Shown here: positions 1 through 9,087 of the stretch, one piece after another
Layout of the letters: each line of letters starts with the position of its first letter
Position numbering within the stretch: position 1 is the stretch's first letter
From: Methanomassiliicoccus sp. UBA345
GTDB taxonomy: Archaea > Thermoplasmatota > Thermoplasmata > Methanomassiliicoccales > Methanomassiliicoccaceae
Direction of reading: 5' to 3'
DNA: 32,000 bases
NCBI GenBank assembly: GCA_002504525.1
Contig: DATD01000009.1
Coordinates: forward strand, 43,464 to 75,463
Made by a program: the position numbers and the translations under genes
The notes under the pieces: generated by a model
Seen by the model: only the letters and a program-made list of their open reading frames with translations
The model's database searches: none
What the model was told of the DNA's origin: nothing

Positions 1-1282
1 ACGCTTCCAGGGAGCGATCCGACGGAACATTGGAGCTGTCGTCATCGTGCTTTTCTATGATGTATGCCCCCACCGAGGCGAAGCAGGTGCTCAGCAGGAT
101 GACCACCGCAGTGATGGCCCCGATCATGTTGCCTACCTCTCCGCCCACCACTCCCAGGGAAAGGGGCAGGGAGGCCAGGACCGCCGCGGCAAGGCCGCGG
201 GGGAGCATGAACAGCAGCGTGGTGCGGTCCTTGCGGTCCTTGCACAGCAGCCTGCCCAGCGAGCCGGTGACCGCTAGTCTGCCAAGCACGATTACGTTGA
301 AGATGACCACTCCGGCCAGTATGTCGATCGGAGAGAGAGCAATGGTGGAGAGCACCAGCCCCAGGTATATGAAGAAGAATGTGCGCACGAAGAAGGATAT
401 CTCATCATGGAAGTCGATGATCTTGGGGTCGCAGCAGTAGTCAAGCCTCTTGCGTATCGGACCGGGCAGCGACCCGCTGTTGCCCATGGTGAGACCGAAC
501 ACCAGGGCGGCCATCGCCCCGCCCCCCATGCCCACCAGTAAGGTGGAGATGGAGAACAGCAGGAGCATGAAGGCCAGGGTGATCATGTAGGAAAACGACT
601 GGCCAGCACGTTTGAGAACGCTCAACCAGATCACGCCTCCCACCAGGCCGAGAGCGCCGGAGATGAGGAACGCCTTGAGAACGTCAATGCCGGCCGCCTT
701 CAGGTCCGTGGCGCCGGAGGCGATGATGGCCATGATGGCCATGGCCCCAGCGATGTTCAGCACATCGGTCACCGCCGCCTCCAGGGTGACCATGGTCTTG
801 ACCTTGAGGGAGACGTTGAGCTCTTTTACCAACGGGATGACGATGGCTCCGCTGGTGCCGGCCAGGATGGTCCCCAGCAGCAGCGACTCGCCCAGGGTCC
901 ACCCCATGGCCAGCAACGACACCGAGGCGATGGCGAAGGTGGAGACAATGAACGCGGCGAGAGTGAATATTATCGCCCGGTTGAAGGATGTCAGCACGTA
1001 CTTGAGCTTGAGGCCCATGCCCGCCTGGAGCATGATGATGGACAGTGCCACCGCCGCCACGTAGGTGGTGGCCTGGGAGATCTGGGACGCTAGGCCTTCG
1101 TCGACCGCGCCGGTGACCCCGGGGCCCAGTAGCACCCCGAACAGGATGAGGACCAGGACGTCCGGCGCTCGGTACCTGACGAACAGCTGGTTGGCCACGA
1201 ATCCGACGAAAAGCGCGACCGAGATGATGAGAAGAAGAGTGCTGGAGTCCATCCCTATCGAGGCCAGAATGACTTGATGCAT
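1..1282 (-). CDS. cation:proton antiporter (Na+/H+ exchanger family), C-terminal end cut by window edge
   Basis: Absent from the ORF track because the frame runs off the window. Manual minus-strand translation from ATG 1282..1280 gives MHQVILASIGMDSSTLLLIISVALFVGFVANQLFVRYRAPDVLVLIL... It stayed stop-free in the stretches I checked (GALGLVGGVIWLSVLKRAG near 600-660; ...IEKHDDDSSNVPSDRSLEA at the window edge). The protein is polytopic and hydrophobic. The + strand ORFs 30..440, 612..1064 and 1065..1277 are M/A/T/S-rich antisense shadows. Alternative start at ATG 1252. Confidence 0.75.
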   Translation of the reverse strand, partial: MHQVILASIGMDSSTLLLIISVALFVGFVANQLFVRYRAPDVLVLILFGVLLGPGVTGAVDEGLASQISQATTYVAAVALSIIMLQAGMGLKLKYVLTSFNRAIIFTLAAFIVSTFAIASVSLLAMGWTLGESLLLGTILAGTSGAIVIPLVKELNVSLKVKTMVTLEAAVTDVLNIAGAMAIMAIIASGATDLKAAGIDVLKAFLISGALGLVGGVIWLSVLKRAGQSFSYMITLAFMLLLFSISTLLVGMGGGAMAALVFGLTMGNSGSLPGPIRKRLDYCCDPKIIDFHDEISFFVRTFFFIYLGLVLSTIALSPIDILAGVVIFNVIVLGRLAVTGSLGRLLCKDRKDRTTLLFMLPRGLAAAVLASLPLSLGVVGGEVGNMIGAITAVVILLSTCFASVGAYIIEKHDDDSSNVPSDRSLEA

Positions 1283-1614
1283 TAAATCTGTTTACGTCGC
1301 CATAGAAACATCGAACCGCTCCATGGAGAGTGGAACAATCGAGCCCACCTGGACCGGCGGCTTGTGGAAGAGCGCAACAAATCAGGACAGAGCGGCCATT
1401 GAGGGGCATGCCCGGTCACACACCCCACGGACGGACGACGCCCGCAGGGCCCGCCTGCCTCGGGCAGGGCAAGTCCGCATGAGCGAACTCACGAACCTGT
1501 CCGATGGGCGAGGAGGCCATCTCCAGTACCCTCAGTATGATGGAATGAGCGGAAAGATTATCCATCACATGCAGTATCGTGGTCGCATACCTGTCAGTTG
1601 GAGCCGGGGACCAA

Positions 1615-2829
1615 ATGAAACAGTTCAACACGCTAGATGATTTTGATTTCGAGAACAGGACCGTTCTTCTTCGCGTGGACATCAACTGCCCTCTCAATAA
1701 AAAGACCCTCGAGCTCGAGGACGACAACCGCATCAGGCAGACCGTGCCCACCGTGAGGGAGCTGGTGGACAAGGGAGGCAAGGTCGTCATACTGGCCCAT
1801 CAGGGCCGCCCCGGCGACTGGGACTTCGCCAGCCTGGAGCAGCATGCCGCCGTCCTGACCAGATACCTCGGCCAGCCGGTCAGATACGTGGATGATCTGG
1901 TGGGCGAGGAGGCCGTCGCAGCGGTCAAAGAGCTCGCTACCGGGAGGGCTATCATGCTGAAGAACGTTAGAGAGCTGCCGTACGAGCTGGAAAAGAAGAG
2001 CATGCAGGAGCATGCCTGTTGCGAGCTCGTGACCAAGCTCGCCCCTCTCGCCGACTACTACGTCAACGACGCTTTCGCCACCGCCCACCGCTCACAGTGC
2101 TCCTTGGTCGGATTCCCGAAGGTGCTGCCCTCAGCGGTAGGGCGGCTCATGGAGAAGGAGCTGACCGCGCTGGCATCGGTGTTCGAGGACCCCAAGCATC
2201 CCACCGTGTTCGTGCTAGGGGGAGCAAAGTTCGGAGACTCCCTGCGCCTGATCGAGCGGGCGCTGGACCGCGGGACCGCCGACTGGGTCATTTGTGTAGG
2301 CCTATGTGCCAACGCGTTCCTGCATGTTCGCGGCTACGATCTTGGCGAGGAGAGCATTAAACTGCTGGAGAGCGAGCTGACGCCCGAAGCGATGGAGCAG
2401 GCGAGGCGGCTTTTGAGAGAGAAGGGAGAGAGGATCCTGCTGCCCTTCGACGTTGGCGTTGACGATGGCGGGCGAAGCGACGTGTTAGTTGGGGACCTGC
2501 CCCGGGGGCCGGTGCTGGACATCGGCAAGGGGTCCATAGACAAGTTCTCCAAGGTCCTGTGCAACGCCCGCACAATATTCATGTCCGGACCGGCCGGACT
2601 GATCGAGCGGGAGGAGTTCGCCCTCGGAACGAGAGAGCTCCTACGCGCGATGGTGCGTTCTAACGCCTTCACCTTGGTGGGTGGAGGGCACACCGTGGGA
2701 GAGGTGGAGAGAATGGGGATCTCCAGCAAGTTCTCGTACGTCAGCACCGCCGGGGGAGCGCTGGAGACCTTCGTGCTGGGAAAGCCTCTCCCGGCGGTGG
2801 AAGCGCTCAAGGCCTGCAGAAAGGCCTAG
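1615..2829 (+). CDS. pgk: phosphoglycerate kinase
   Basis: ORF 1579..2829. It contains FNTLDDFDFENRTVLLRVDINCPL, YYVNDAFATAHRSQCSLVGF and STAGGALETFVLGKPLPAVEAL, which are characteristic PGK motifs. I moved the start to ATG 1615 (MKQFNTLDDF), with GGAG at 1600..1603. TAG stop. Confidence 0.93.
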   Translation: MKQFNTLDDFDFENRTVLLRVDINCPLNKKTLELEDDNRIRQTVPTVRELVDKGGKVVILAHQGRPGDWDFASLEQHAAVLTRYLGQPVRYVDDLVGEEAVAAVKELATGRAIMLKNVRELPYELEKKSMQEHACCELVTKLAPLADYYVNDAFATAHRSQCSLVGFPKVLPSAVGRLMEKELTALASVFEDPKHPTVFVLGGAKFGDSLRLIERALDRGTADWVICVGLCANAFLHVRGYDLGEESIKLLESELTPEAMEQARRLLREKGERILLPFDVGVDDGGRSDVLVGDLPRGPVLDIGKGSIDKFSKVLCNARTIFMSGPAGLIEREEFALGTRELLRAMVRSNAFTLVGGGHTVGEVERMGISSKFSYVSTAGGALETFVLGKPLPAVEALKACRKA

Positions 2830-3986
2830 AGCACCTTCCTCATCCGTTCCAGCGCCTCTTCGATACGACTTTCCGGCTGGGTGAGGGCCATCCTGACGAA
2901 GCCTTCCCCGTTCTGCCCGAACCCGGTGCCCGGCGTCACGACGACGCCGACATCGAGCATCTTGTTGGCGAACTCCAGGGAGTTCGCTCCAACGTTGAAG
3001 AACAGGTAGAACGTCCCCTTGGGCATCTTGACGTCAAAGCCCAGGTCGCGCAGCCCCTTCACCATGATGTCACGGCGCCTCTGGTACACGTCCACGCTGT
3101 CCTGCACCATCTTGGGCCTGGTCGGCCCGGTGTATGCGCCAAGCGCCACCGACACGGCCTTCTGGATGAACTTCGGCGTCCCGGAGTCGATCTGGGACTT
3201 GACCTTCTTGAGGCCGGCCACCAGGGAGGCGTCGCCCACCGCGTATCCGATGCGGTAGCCGGTCATGTTGAACGTCTTGGACAGGGAGCCGAACTCTATC
3301 GCGTGCCGGCCGAATTCCAGAACCGACGGCGCGATGTAGTCGTCGAACGTCATCTCCGAGTAGGCGTTGTCGTAGCATAGGATGGTCCCGGTATCGTTGC
3401 ACCATCGCAGCGCCCTTTGCAGGCTCGCCCTCGACGCCACCGCTCCGGTAGGATTGTTCGGGTAGTTCAGGTACATCATCCTGGCATCCTGGGGCAGATC
3501 GCCGTCGAGGTCCGGGAGGAAGGAATCGCCCTCGTACAGAGGGAACTTCACCGGCACGGCGTCGCACAGCGTGGCCGCTCCCTGAGAGTACACAGGATAA
3601 GCGGGATCGGGGCACAGGACCTTCTCGCCGGGATTGACGAACGCTCTTGCTACGTTGGCCAAGCCTTCCTTGGAACCAAGCAGGATGGCGATCTCGCGGT
3701 CGGGGTTGAGCTCCACGCCGAAGCGCTTCCCATACCACTCGGCGATCGCCCGCCGGGTGTCCGCCTCGCCCTGCGATGACGGATACCTGTGATTGGCAGG
3801 GTCGTCCAGCTGCCGCTTCACCTCCTCCACCAGGGGGCGGGGGGTCGGAAGGTCGGGATCGCCAATGCCAAAGTCGATTATGTTCACACCCTGTGCGATC
3901 TTCTTGGCGACCTTCTCCTCTATCTCCGCGAAGAGGTAGGGGGGCAGGTTCTTCAGCCTGTCAGCGAAATCATATGTCATGGTCAT
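2826..3986 (-). CDS. dapL: LL-diaminopimelate aminotransferase (class I/II PLP aminotransferase, DapL-type by context)
   Basis: ORF 2826..4229 trimmed to ATG 3986 (MTMTYDFADRLKNLPPYLFAEIEEK...). The upstream 81 codons are R/G-rich and overlap dapF. PLP-lysine motif SLSKTFNMTGYRIGY is present. ATGA overlap with the dapF stop at 3983..3986. It is the last gene of the dapA-dapB-lysC-lysA-dapF cluster. Confidence 0.85.
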   Translation of the reverse strand: MTMTYDFADRLKNLPPYLFAEIEEKVAKKIAQGVNIIDFGIGDPDLPTPRPLVEEVKRQLDDPANHRYPSSQGEADTRRAIAEWYGKRFGVELNPDREIAILLGSKEGLANVARAFVNPGEKVLCPDPAYPVYSQGAATLCDAVPVKFPLYEGDSFLPDLDGDLPQDARMMYLNYPNNPTGAVASRASLQRALRWCNDTGTILCYDNAYSEMTFDDYIAPSVLEFGRHAIEFGSLSKTFNMTGYRIGYAVGDASLVAGLKKVKSQIDSGTPKFIQKAVSVALGAYTGPTRPKMVQDSVDVYQRRRDIMVKGLRDLGFDVKMPKGTFYLFFNVGANSLEFANKMLDVGVVVTPGTGFGQNGEGFVRMALTQPESRIEEALERMRKVL

Positions 3987-4813
3987 TCCTCCAGTTCGCC
4001 GCGGAACACCCGCACCGCCGGTCCGGTCATCCTTACCGAGGAGAGATCCTCCGCGACGTTTATGCTGAGCTCCCCTCCGGGGAGCCTTATCCTTACGTCC
4101 CGTCCCAGGGGAGCAATACCCCTTAGCCCGGCCGCCACCGCCGTGGCGCATGCCCCGGTGCCGCAGGCCTGGGTCCATCCGGCGCCTCTTTCGAACACCG
4201 CCACGCTCAGCGCGTCGCCCTCGATGCATACGAACTCGACGTTGGTGCGGCGAGGGAACATAGAGTGGCTTTCCAGCTTCGGACCCAGCGTCCGGACCTC
4301 GTCATCTGTGAGGGGGTCGAAGATGATGAGGTGAGGGTTGCCCATGGAGACCGCCGTGCCGGTGACGGTGCGGCCGTCCACCTCCAGCGTCCCGTCGACG
4401 AAGCGTCCCTGCCCCGTCATCGGGATGTAGGGGCGCTCGAGCCGCGGGGCCCCCATCTCCACCGTGGCCGCGACGGCCACGCCGCCTCTGGCCTGGATGG
4501 TGATGTCCTTGATCCCCCCCAGGGTGTTGATGCGCATCCGCTCCGACGGAACGATGGAGAAGTCGTACAGATGCTTCGCGACGCACCTTATGCCATTGCC
4601 GCACATCTCGGCCTCGCTCCCGTCGGAGTTGAGGACCCTCATGAACGCATCGGCGTCCCTGTCGGGACCGATGTACAATATCCCGTCGGCGCCCACGCCG
4701 GTGCGGCGGTCGCACACCCTCCGGACGAAGTCCGGATCATGGGGGACCGTCAGGTTCGGGTCCTCCACCACCACGAAGTCGTTGCCCAGCCCGTGGTACT
4801 TCCAGAAGATCAT
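3983..4813 (-). CDS. dapF: diaminopimelate epimerase
   Basis: ORF 3983..4918 trimmed to ATG 4813 (MIFWKYHGLGNDFVVVEDP). Both catalytic Cys motifs are present (EMCGNGIRC and TQACGTGACA). ATGA overlap with the lysA stop at 4810..4813. Confidence 0.92.
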   Translation of the reverse strand: MIFWKYHGLGNDFVVVEDPNLTVPHDPDFVRRVCDRRTGVGADGILYIGPDRDADAFMRVLNSDGSEAEMCGNGIRCVAKHLYDFSIVPSERMRINTLGGIKDITIQARGGVAVAATVEMGAPRLERPYIPMTGQGRFVDGTLEVDGRTVTGTAVSMGNPHLIIFDPLTDDEVRTLGPKLESHSMFPRRTNVEFVCIEGDALSVAVFERGAGWTQACGTGACATAVAAGLRGIAPLGRDVRIRLPGGELSINVAEDLSSVRMTGPAVRVFRGELEE

Positions 4814-6069
4814 ATCATCAGCCGAGCGGGGATCCGGTCGTGGGACAATAGGTCGTCTATGCTCTCCTTCTCCCGGATGAGGTTCGTTCTTCCCTGCCTG
4901 ACCAGCACCTCGCGGCACTTAGGGCGCATGTTGTACTGCGAGCTCATGCTGAAGCCGTAGGCGCCGGCATCGTACACCGCGAGGAGGTCGCCCTCCTCCA
5001 GCCGGGGAAGGAGCCGCTCCCTGGCGATATGGTCCCCTGACTCGCATATCGGCCCCGCCACGTCGTACACCATCTCGCCTGGCCGGCCGAACTTGTTCGC
5101 TACCGCGACGTGGTGGTACGAGCCGTAGAACGCTGGGCGGACCAGGGTGTTGAACCCGGCGTCCACGCCCGCGAACATCTTGTCCGGGGTCTCCTTCAGG
5201 TCGACCACGGTGGTGAGAAGCACGGTGGTATCGGCTATGATGTAGCGGCCCGGCTCAACGATCACCTGCTGGACGGAGGTGCCGTTCTTTATCCTGCTGG
5301 TCACCGCCTCCGCGAGGACATCGAGGTCCATGGGGGACTCCTCCGGACGGTACGGGATGCCGATGCCGCCGCCGATGTCTATGAACTCCAGCTGCAGGCC
5401 CAACTTCGACTCGAGCTCCTGGGCGACGGATACCAGAACGTCGGTCACGTTGGCGAACGGCTCCGCCACCTGCACTCCGGCCCCGATGTGGGCATGCAGC
5501 CCGACCGGGCGGAAGCCCAGCTCGATCGCCCTAGAATAGGCGTCGATGATGCGGCCCTTCGGAACGCCGAACTTGGTGGAGCGCGCCCCCGTGACGACCT
5601 TCTCGTGATGGCCGGCCCCGACCTCGGGGTTCATGCGGAAGGAGACCGACGCCCCGGAGGTGATGTCGGCCAGACGCTCCAGCTCGGAAAGGGAATCGAT
5701 GTTGATCGTGATGTTGCGGTTCACCAGGGCGCTCAGCTCATGGTTGGATACGTTCACCCCGGTGTAGAGGATGCGCTCCGACGAGAACCCTGCTCTCATG
5801 CATGCCTCCACCTCGCCGATGGATACCGCATCGATGCAGCTTCCCTCCTGCTCCAGCACCCTCAGGATGGCCAGGTTGGAGTTGGCCTTGCACGCATAGT
5901 TGATGCGGGTCGGCATGCGCCGGGAGAACGCTCCGTACACCGCGCGGTAGTTCGTCCTGACCGCGTCCTCGTCCGTCACGTACACTGGAGTGCCGTACTC
6001 CTCCGCCAGGTCGACCGCTCTTGCCCCTCCGATGAGCATCTGATCGTCCACGCTCTCGAACTTCCTCAT
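4810..6069 (-). CDS. lysA: diaminopimelate decarboxylase
   Basis: 419 aa. It has the PLP-lysine motif NYACKANSN, the glycine loop DIGGGIGIPY and the GPICESGD motif. The start abuts the lysC stop with a 0-nt gap. Confidence 0.94.
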   Translation of the reverse strand: MRKFESVDDQMLIGGARAVDLAEEYGTPVYVTDEDAVRTNYRAVYGAFSRRMPTRINYACKANSNLAILRVLEQEGSCIDAVSIGEVEACMRAGFSSERILYTGVNVSNHELSALVNRNITINIDSLSELERLADITSGASVSFRMNPEVGAGHHEKVVTGARSTKFGVPKGRIIDAYSRAIELGFRPVGLHAHIGAGVQVAEPFANVTDVLVSVAQELESKLGLQLEFIDIGGGIGIPYRPEESPMDLDVLAEAVTSRIKNGTSVQQVIVEPGRYIIADTTVLLTTVVDLKETPDKMFAGVDAGFNTLVRPAFYGSYHHVAVANKFGRPGEMVYDVAGPICESGDHIARERLLPRLEEGDLLAVYDAGAYGFSMSSQYNMRPKCREVLVRQGRTNLIREKESIDDLLSHDRIPARLMI

Positions 6070-7425
6070 TCAACCACCTATGAACGTTCTGTGAATACAT
6101 CTGATGACGTCCGCAGCGATCTCGCTGGGGACCATGAAGTTGAGCGCCACGTCCGACGCCCCCTCCGATATCATCTCCACGTTGGCGCCTGATGCTGACA
6201 CCGTGGAGAACACCTTCGCGGCAACGCCGAAGGTGTTTATCATGTTGTCCCCGACGCAGCAGATCAGGGACACGTTGTCCTTGACGGTCATCTTCTCTAT
6301 CTGGCCCTCATGGAGCGCCTTCAGCTTGTCCAGCACGCAGGGGATGGCCGGCGTCGGCAGGGCGACCGCCAGGGTGCTGAGCGAGGTGGATATGGCATAG
6401 GTGTTCACCGCCGCCTCGCTCACCGAGCCGATAAGCCTCGATATGAGGCCGGGATTGTAAACGATCTCGGACGAATATATCTTGATGATCGACAGCTCGC
6501 CCTTGGCCGCCACGCTGCGGAGGATCTCGGGCGAGTTGCATCTCTGGTTCCTTACCAGCGTGCCGCGGCCGTCGGGGTTGAAGGTATTCTTCACCATCAG
6601 CGGAATGGACTTCCGGCGCACCGGTTCGACCGTCCGGGGATGCAGCACCTTGGCGCCGAAATACGCCAGCTCGGCCGCTTCGCTGTAGTCCATCTCGTCG
6701 ATGGTCCTTGCCTCGGGCACCACCCGGGGGTCGGCGGTCATGAAGCCGTTGACGTCGGTCCACACCTCGTAGCAGCTGGCGTCGATCCCGTTGGCGATGA
6801 CCGAACCGGAATAGTCGGAGCCGCCCCGGCCGAACGTGACGGGCCGACCAGAGCTGTCGGCGCCGTAGTAGCCGGTGATGACGGGCGTGATGCCCTTGTC
6901 CAGCAGCGGAACGATGGTCCGGGACAGGTTGGCATGCGTGGCCGCCAGGTCGGCTGAGCCGTTGGTCGGGCTTCCCTCGGCCACGATGCCCGCCTCCTCC
7001 GAGGAGAGGGCGACCGCCGGAACGCCTTTCTCCCGGAGTATGCTGGCCAGCGTGATGGTGCTGAGCCTCTCTCCCCAGCAGAAGATGGCATCCTCCAGGA
7101 CGGGATCCGGGCCGCTGCTACGGCGGGTCTCCAGACGTTCTCCCAGCGATGATAGGCTGGCGTCCAGCTCGGCGAGGTATTCGGTGAACCGCTCCTCGGA
7201 CATCATCTTGGCCGCGGCGGAGGAGTACTTGTCCCTGAGATGCTCCAGCACTGGCGGCACCTCGGGATGTTCGCGCATGCGCTCGATCAGGTAGTTCGTC
7301 ACCCCGGACATGGCCGAAACGACCACGACCGTCTTCGCCTTCTCCCTGCCGATTATGGAAGAGGTCCTCTCCAGAGCGTCGACGCTGCCCATGGAGGTCC
7401 CTCCGAACTTCATGACCTTGATCAT
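6070..7425 (-). CDS. lysC: aspartate kinase
   Basis: 451 aa. N-terminus is MIKVMKFGGTSMGS (KFGGTS kinase motif). GRGGSDYSGS is present, and the C-terminal half looks like ACT regulatory domains. ATGA overlap with the dapB stop at 7422..7425. Confidence 0.93.
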   Translation of the reverse strand: MIKVMKFGGTSMGSVDALERTSSIIGREKAKTVVVVSAMSGVTNYLIERMREHPEVPPVLEHLRDKYSSAAAKMMSEERFTEYLAELDASLSSLGERLETRRSSGPDPVLEDAIFCWGERLSTITLASILREKGVPAVALSSEEAGIVAEGSPTNGSADLAATHANLSRTIVPLLDKGITPVITGYYGADSSGRPVTFGRGGSDYSGSVIANGIDASCYEVWTDVNGFMTADPRVVPEARTIDEMDYSEAAELAYFGAKVLHPRTVEPVRRKSIPLMVKNTFNPDGRGTLVRNQRCNSPEILRSVAAKGELSIIKIYSSEIVYNPGLISRLIGSVSEAAVNTYAISTSLSTLAVALPTPAIPCVLDKLKALHEGQIEKMTVKDNVSLICCVGDNMINTFGVAAKVFSTVSASGANVEMISEGASDVALNFMVPSEIAADVIRCIHRTFIGG

Positions 7426-8201
7426 ATCCCCAGCACCTCCCTCATGGTATGGACCTCACCGTCGTTGCGGCCGGCGACCCACCGGATGGCCAGAACGCAG
7501 CCTTCCGCGAACGCTTCCCTGGAATGGGCGCGGTGGGTCAGTTCGATCCTCTCCTTCCGTCCGGCGAAGATCACGGTGTGCTCTCCCACCACGTCGCCGG
7601 CGCGGACCGAATGGATCCCGATCTCCTTTCCTCTGGCGCCCACGTTGCCTTCCCTTCCGCATACCATCTGCTCGATGCCGGCCGCGCGGGCGATAAGCGC
7701 GGCGGCCTCCCTCGCCGTTCCCGAGGGGGCGTCCTTCTTCTTGTTGTGATGGACCTCCACGATCTCCACGTCGTACCCGGGGAGGGCCTTGGCCAGCTCC
7801 TCGCAGGTCTTGAAGAACACGTTGACTCCCACCGAAAAGTTCGGTGCCAGCACTGCGGAGCCGCCATTGCTTCTCACCGATGAACAGAACGATCCCATGG
7901 GGCCATCGGCTATGCCAGTGGTGCCTATCACGTAGCCCAGCCCTTTTCGCGCCGCCCGGGCGAGGTTCGCTTCCGCCGCGGTCGGGGAGGTCAGGTCCAC
8001 ATATACGTCTGCGGCCTCCACCGCCTCCGCCAGGCGGGAGGCGCCAACCGCCCGTACGCCTGGAGCGATCTCCACACCTATGCTGGCGCTGCCGTCCGAT
8101 ACCACCGCGCCTACCAGCACCATGTCCTGCTGACCCTTCACCAGGGCGCAGACGAGCTTACCCAGCCTGCCGGTGGCTCCGCCTACCACGACCTTGATCA
8201 T
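7422..8201 (-). CDS. dapB: 4-hydroxy-tetrahydrodipicolinate reductase
   Basis: 259 aa. It has the Rossmann motif VVGGATGRLG and the signature EIVEVHHNKKKDAPSGTA. GGAGG lies 6 nt upstream of the ATG in the 12-nt spacer after dapA. Confidence 0.93.
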   Translation of the reverse strand: MIKVVVGGATGRLGKLVCALVKGQQDMVLVGAVVSDGSASIGVEIAPGVRAVGASRLAEAVEAADVYVDLTSPTAAEANLARAARKGLGYVIGTTGIADGPMGSFCSSVRSNGGSAVLAPNFSVGVNVFFKTCEELAKALPGYDVEIVEVHHNKKKDAPSGTAREAAALIARAAGIEQMVCGREGNVGARGKEIGIHSVRAGDVVGEHTVIFAGRKERIELTHRAHSREAFAEGCVLAIRWVAGRNDGEVHTMREVLGI

Positions 8202-8213
8202 GAGCGCCTCCGT

Positions 8214-9086
8214 TCAGATGAGATCGTACTCTGCCAGGACCTTCTTCAAGGATTCCAGGTGCTCCGGGCTCATTTCGCACAGAGGCATTCGCAAGGGGCC
8301 GGCGGGGAGTCCCATCAGCCCGACCGCCGTCTTGACCGGCTGGGGATTGGTCTCCAGGAACAGGGCGGAGAACAAGGGCAGGAGCCTCCGGTTGGTCGCC
8401 CTGGCGTCCTCGAGCCTGCCATCGAGCATCCCGCCGACCAGCTGGAGCATGAGCTCCGGAACGATGTTCGACGCCACCGAGATCACGCCCCTCGCCCCCA
8501 GGGCCATGGTCGGAAGGGTCATGGCGTCGTCGCCGGACAGCACCACGAAGTCCTTGGGGGCCCCGGCGATGATGCGAGATATCTGATTGATATCGCCGGA
8601 CGCCTCCTTCACCCCTGCCACGTTGGGCAGCTGGGCAAGCTCCAGCATGGTCGCCGAGCTGATGTTGGAGCCGGTGCGGGACGGGATGTTGTACACTATG
8701 ATCGGAATGTCGACCGCATCGGAGATAGCCTTGAAATGCCCCTTGATGCCGGCCGGAGTAGGGCGGTTGTAATATGGGGCGACGGACAGGAGCGCGTCGG
8801 CCCCCAGGTCCTGGGCGTTCTTGCTCAGGTGGATCGCCTCGGAAGTGGAGTTGGAGCCGGTGCCGGCGATGACCTTCGCCTTCCGGGCCTCGTCCACCAC
8901 GATGCTGATGGCCTGCAGGTGCTCCTCATGATCGAGCGTCGCGGATTCGCCGGTGGAGCCGCACGGCACCAGGGCACGCACGCCCTTGTCTTCCTGGAAC
9001 CTTACCAGCTGGCGCAGCCCAGCTTCATCTATGGAACCATCGGCCCTCATCGGCGTGATCAGGGCGGTGGCAAGACCGGAGAACAT
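8214..9086 (-). CDS. dapA: 4-hydroxy-tetrahydrodipicolinate synthase
   Basis: 290 aa. It contains PCGSTGESATL, the YNIPSRTG motif and the Schiff-base lysine context VAGVKEASGD. Confidence 0.94.
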   Translation of the reverse strand: MFSGLATALITPMRADGSIDEAGLRQLVRFQEDKGVRALVPCGSTGESATLDHEEHLQAISIVVDEARKAKVIAGTGSNSTSEAIHLSKNAQDLGADALLSVAPYYNRPTPAGIKGHFKAISDAVDIPIIVYNIPSRTGSNISSATMLELAQLPNVAGVKEASGDINQISRIIAGAPKDFVVLSGDDAMTLPTMALGARGVISVASNIVPELMLQLVGGMLDGRLEDARATNRRLLPLFSALFLETNPQPVKTAVGLMGLPAGPLRMPLCEMSPEHLESLKKVLAEYDLI

Positions 9087-9087
9087 C

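Noticed and set aside
1305-1330. TCGAACC (1309..1315), reminiscent of a tRNA T-loop (GGTTCGA on the minus strand)
   Set aside because: The flanking bases cannot form a 5-bp T-stem (AGCGG versus TTTCT). No acceptor or anticodon arms are evident. I found no tRNA anywhere in the window.
2826-4229. Long N-terminal extensions in the ORF track (dapL 467 aa; likewise proB 22391..23692, tal 24901..25902, hgcB 18729..19259, hgcA 19043..20086, flavodoxin 21683..22381)
   Set aside because: The extensions are R/G-rich and overlap the upstream gene's coding region. Internal ATGs coincide with family N-termini, with SD-like sequences and/or with ATGA or TGATG stop-start coupling.
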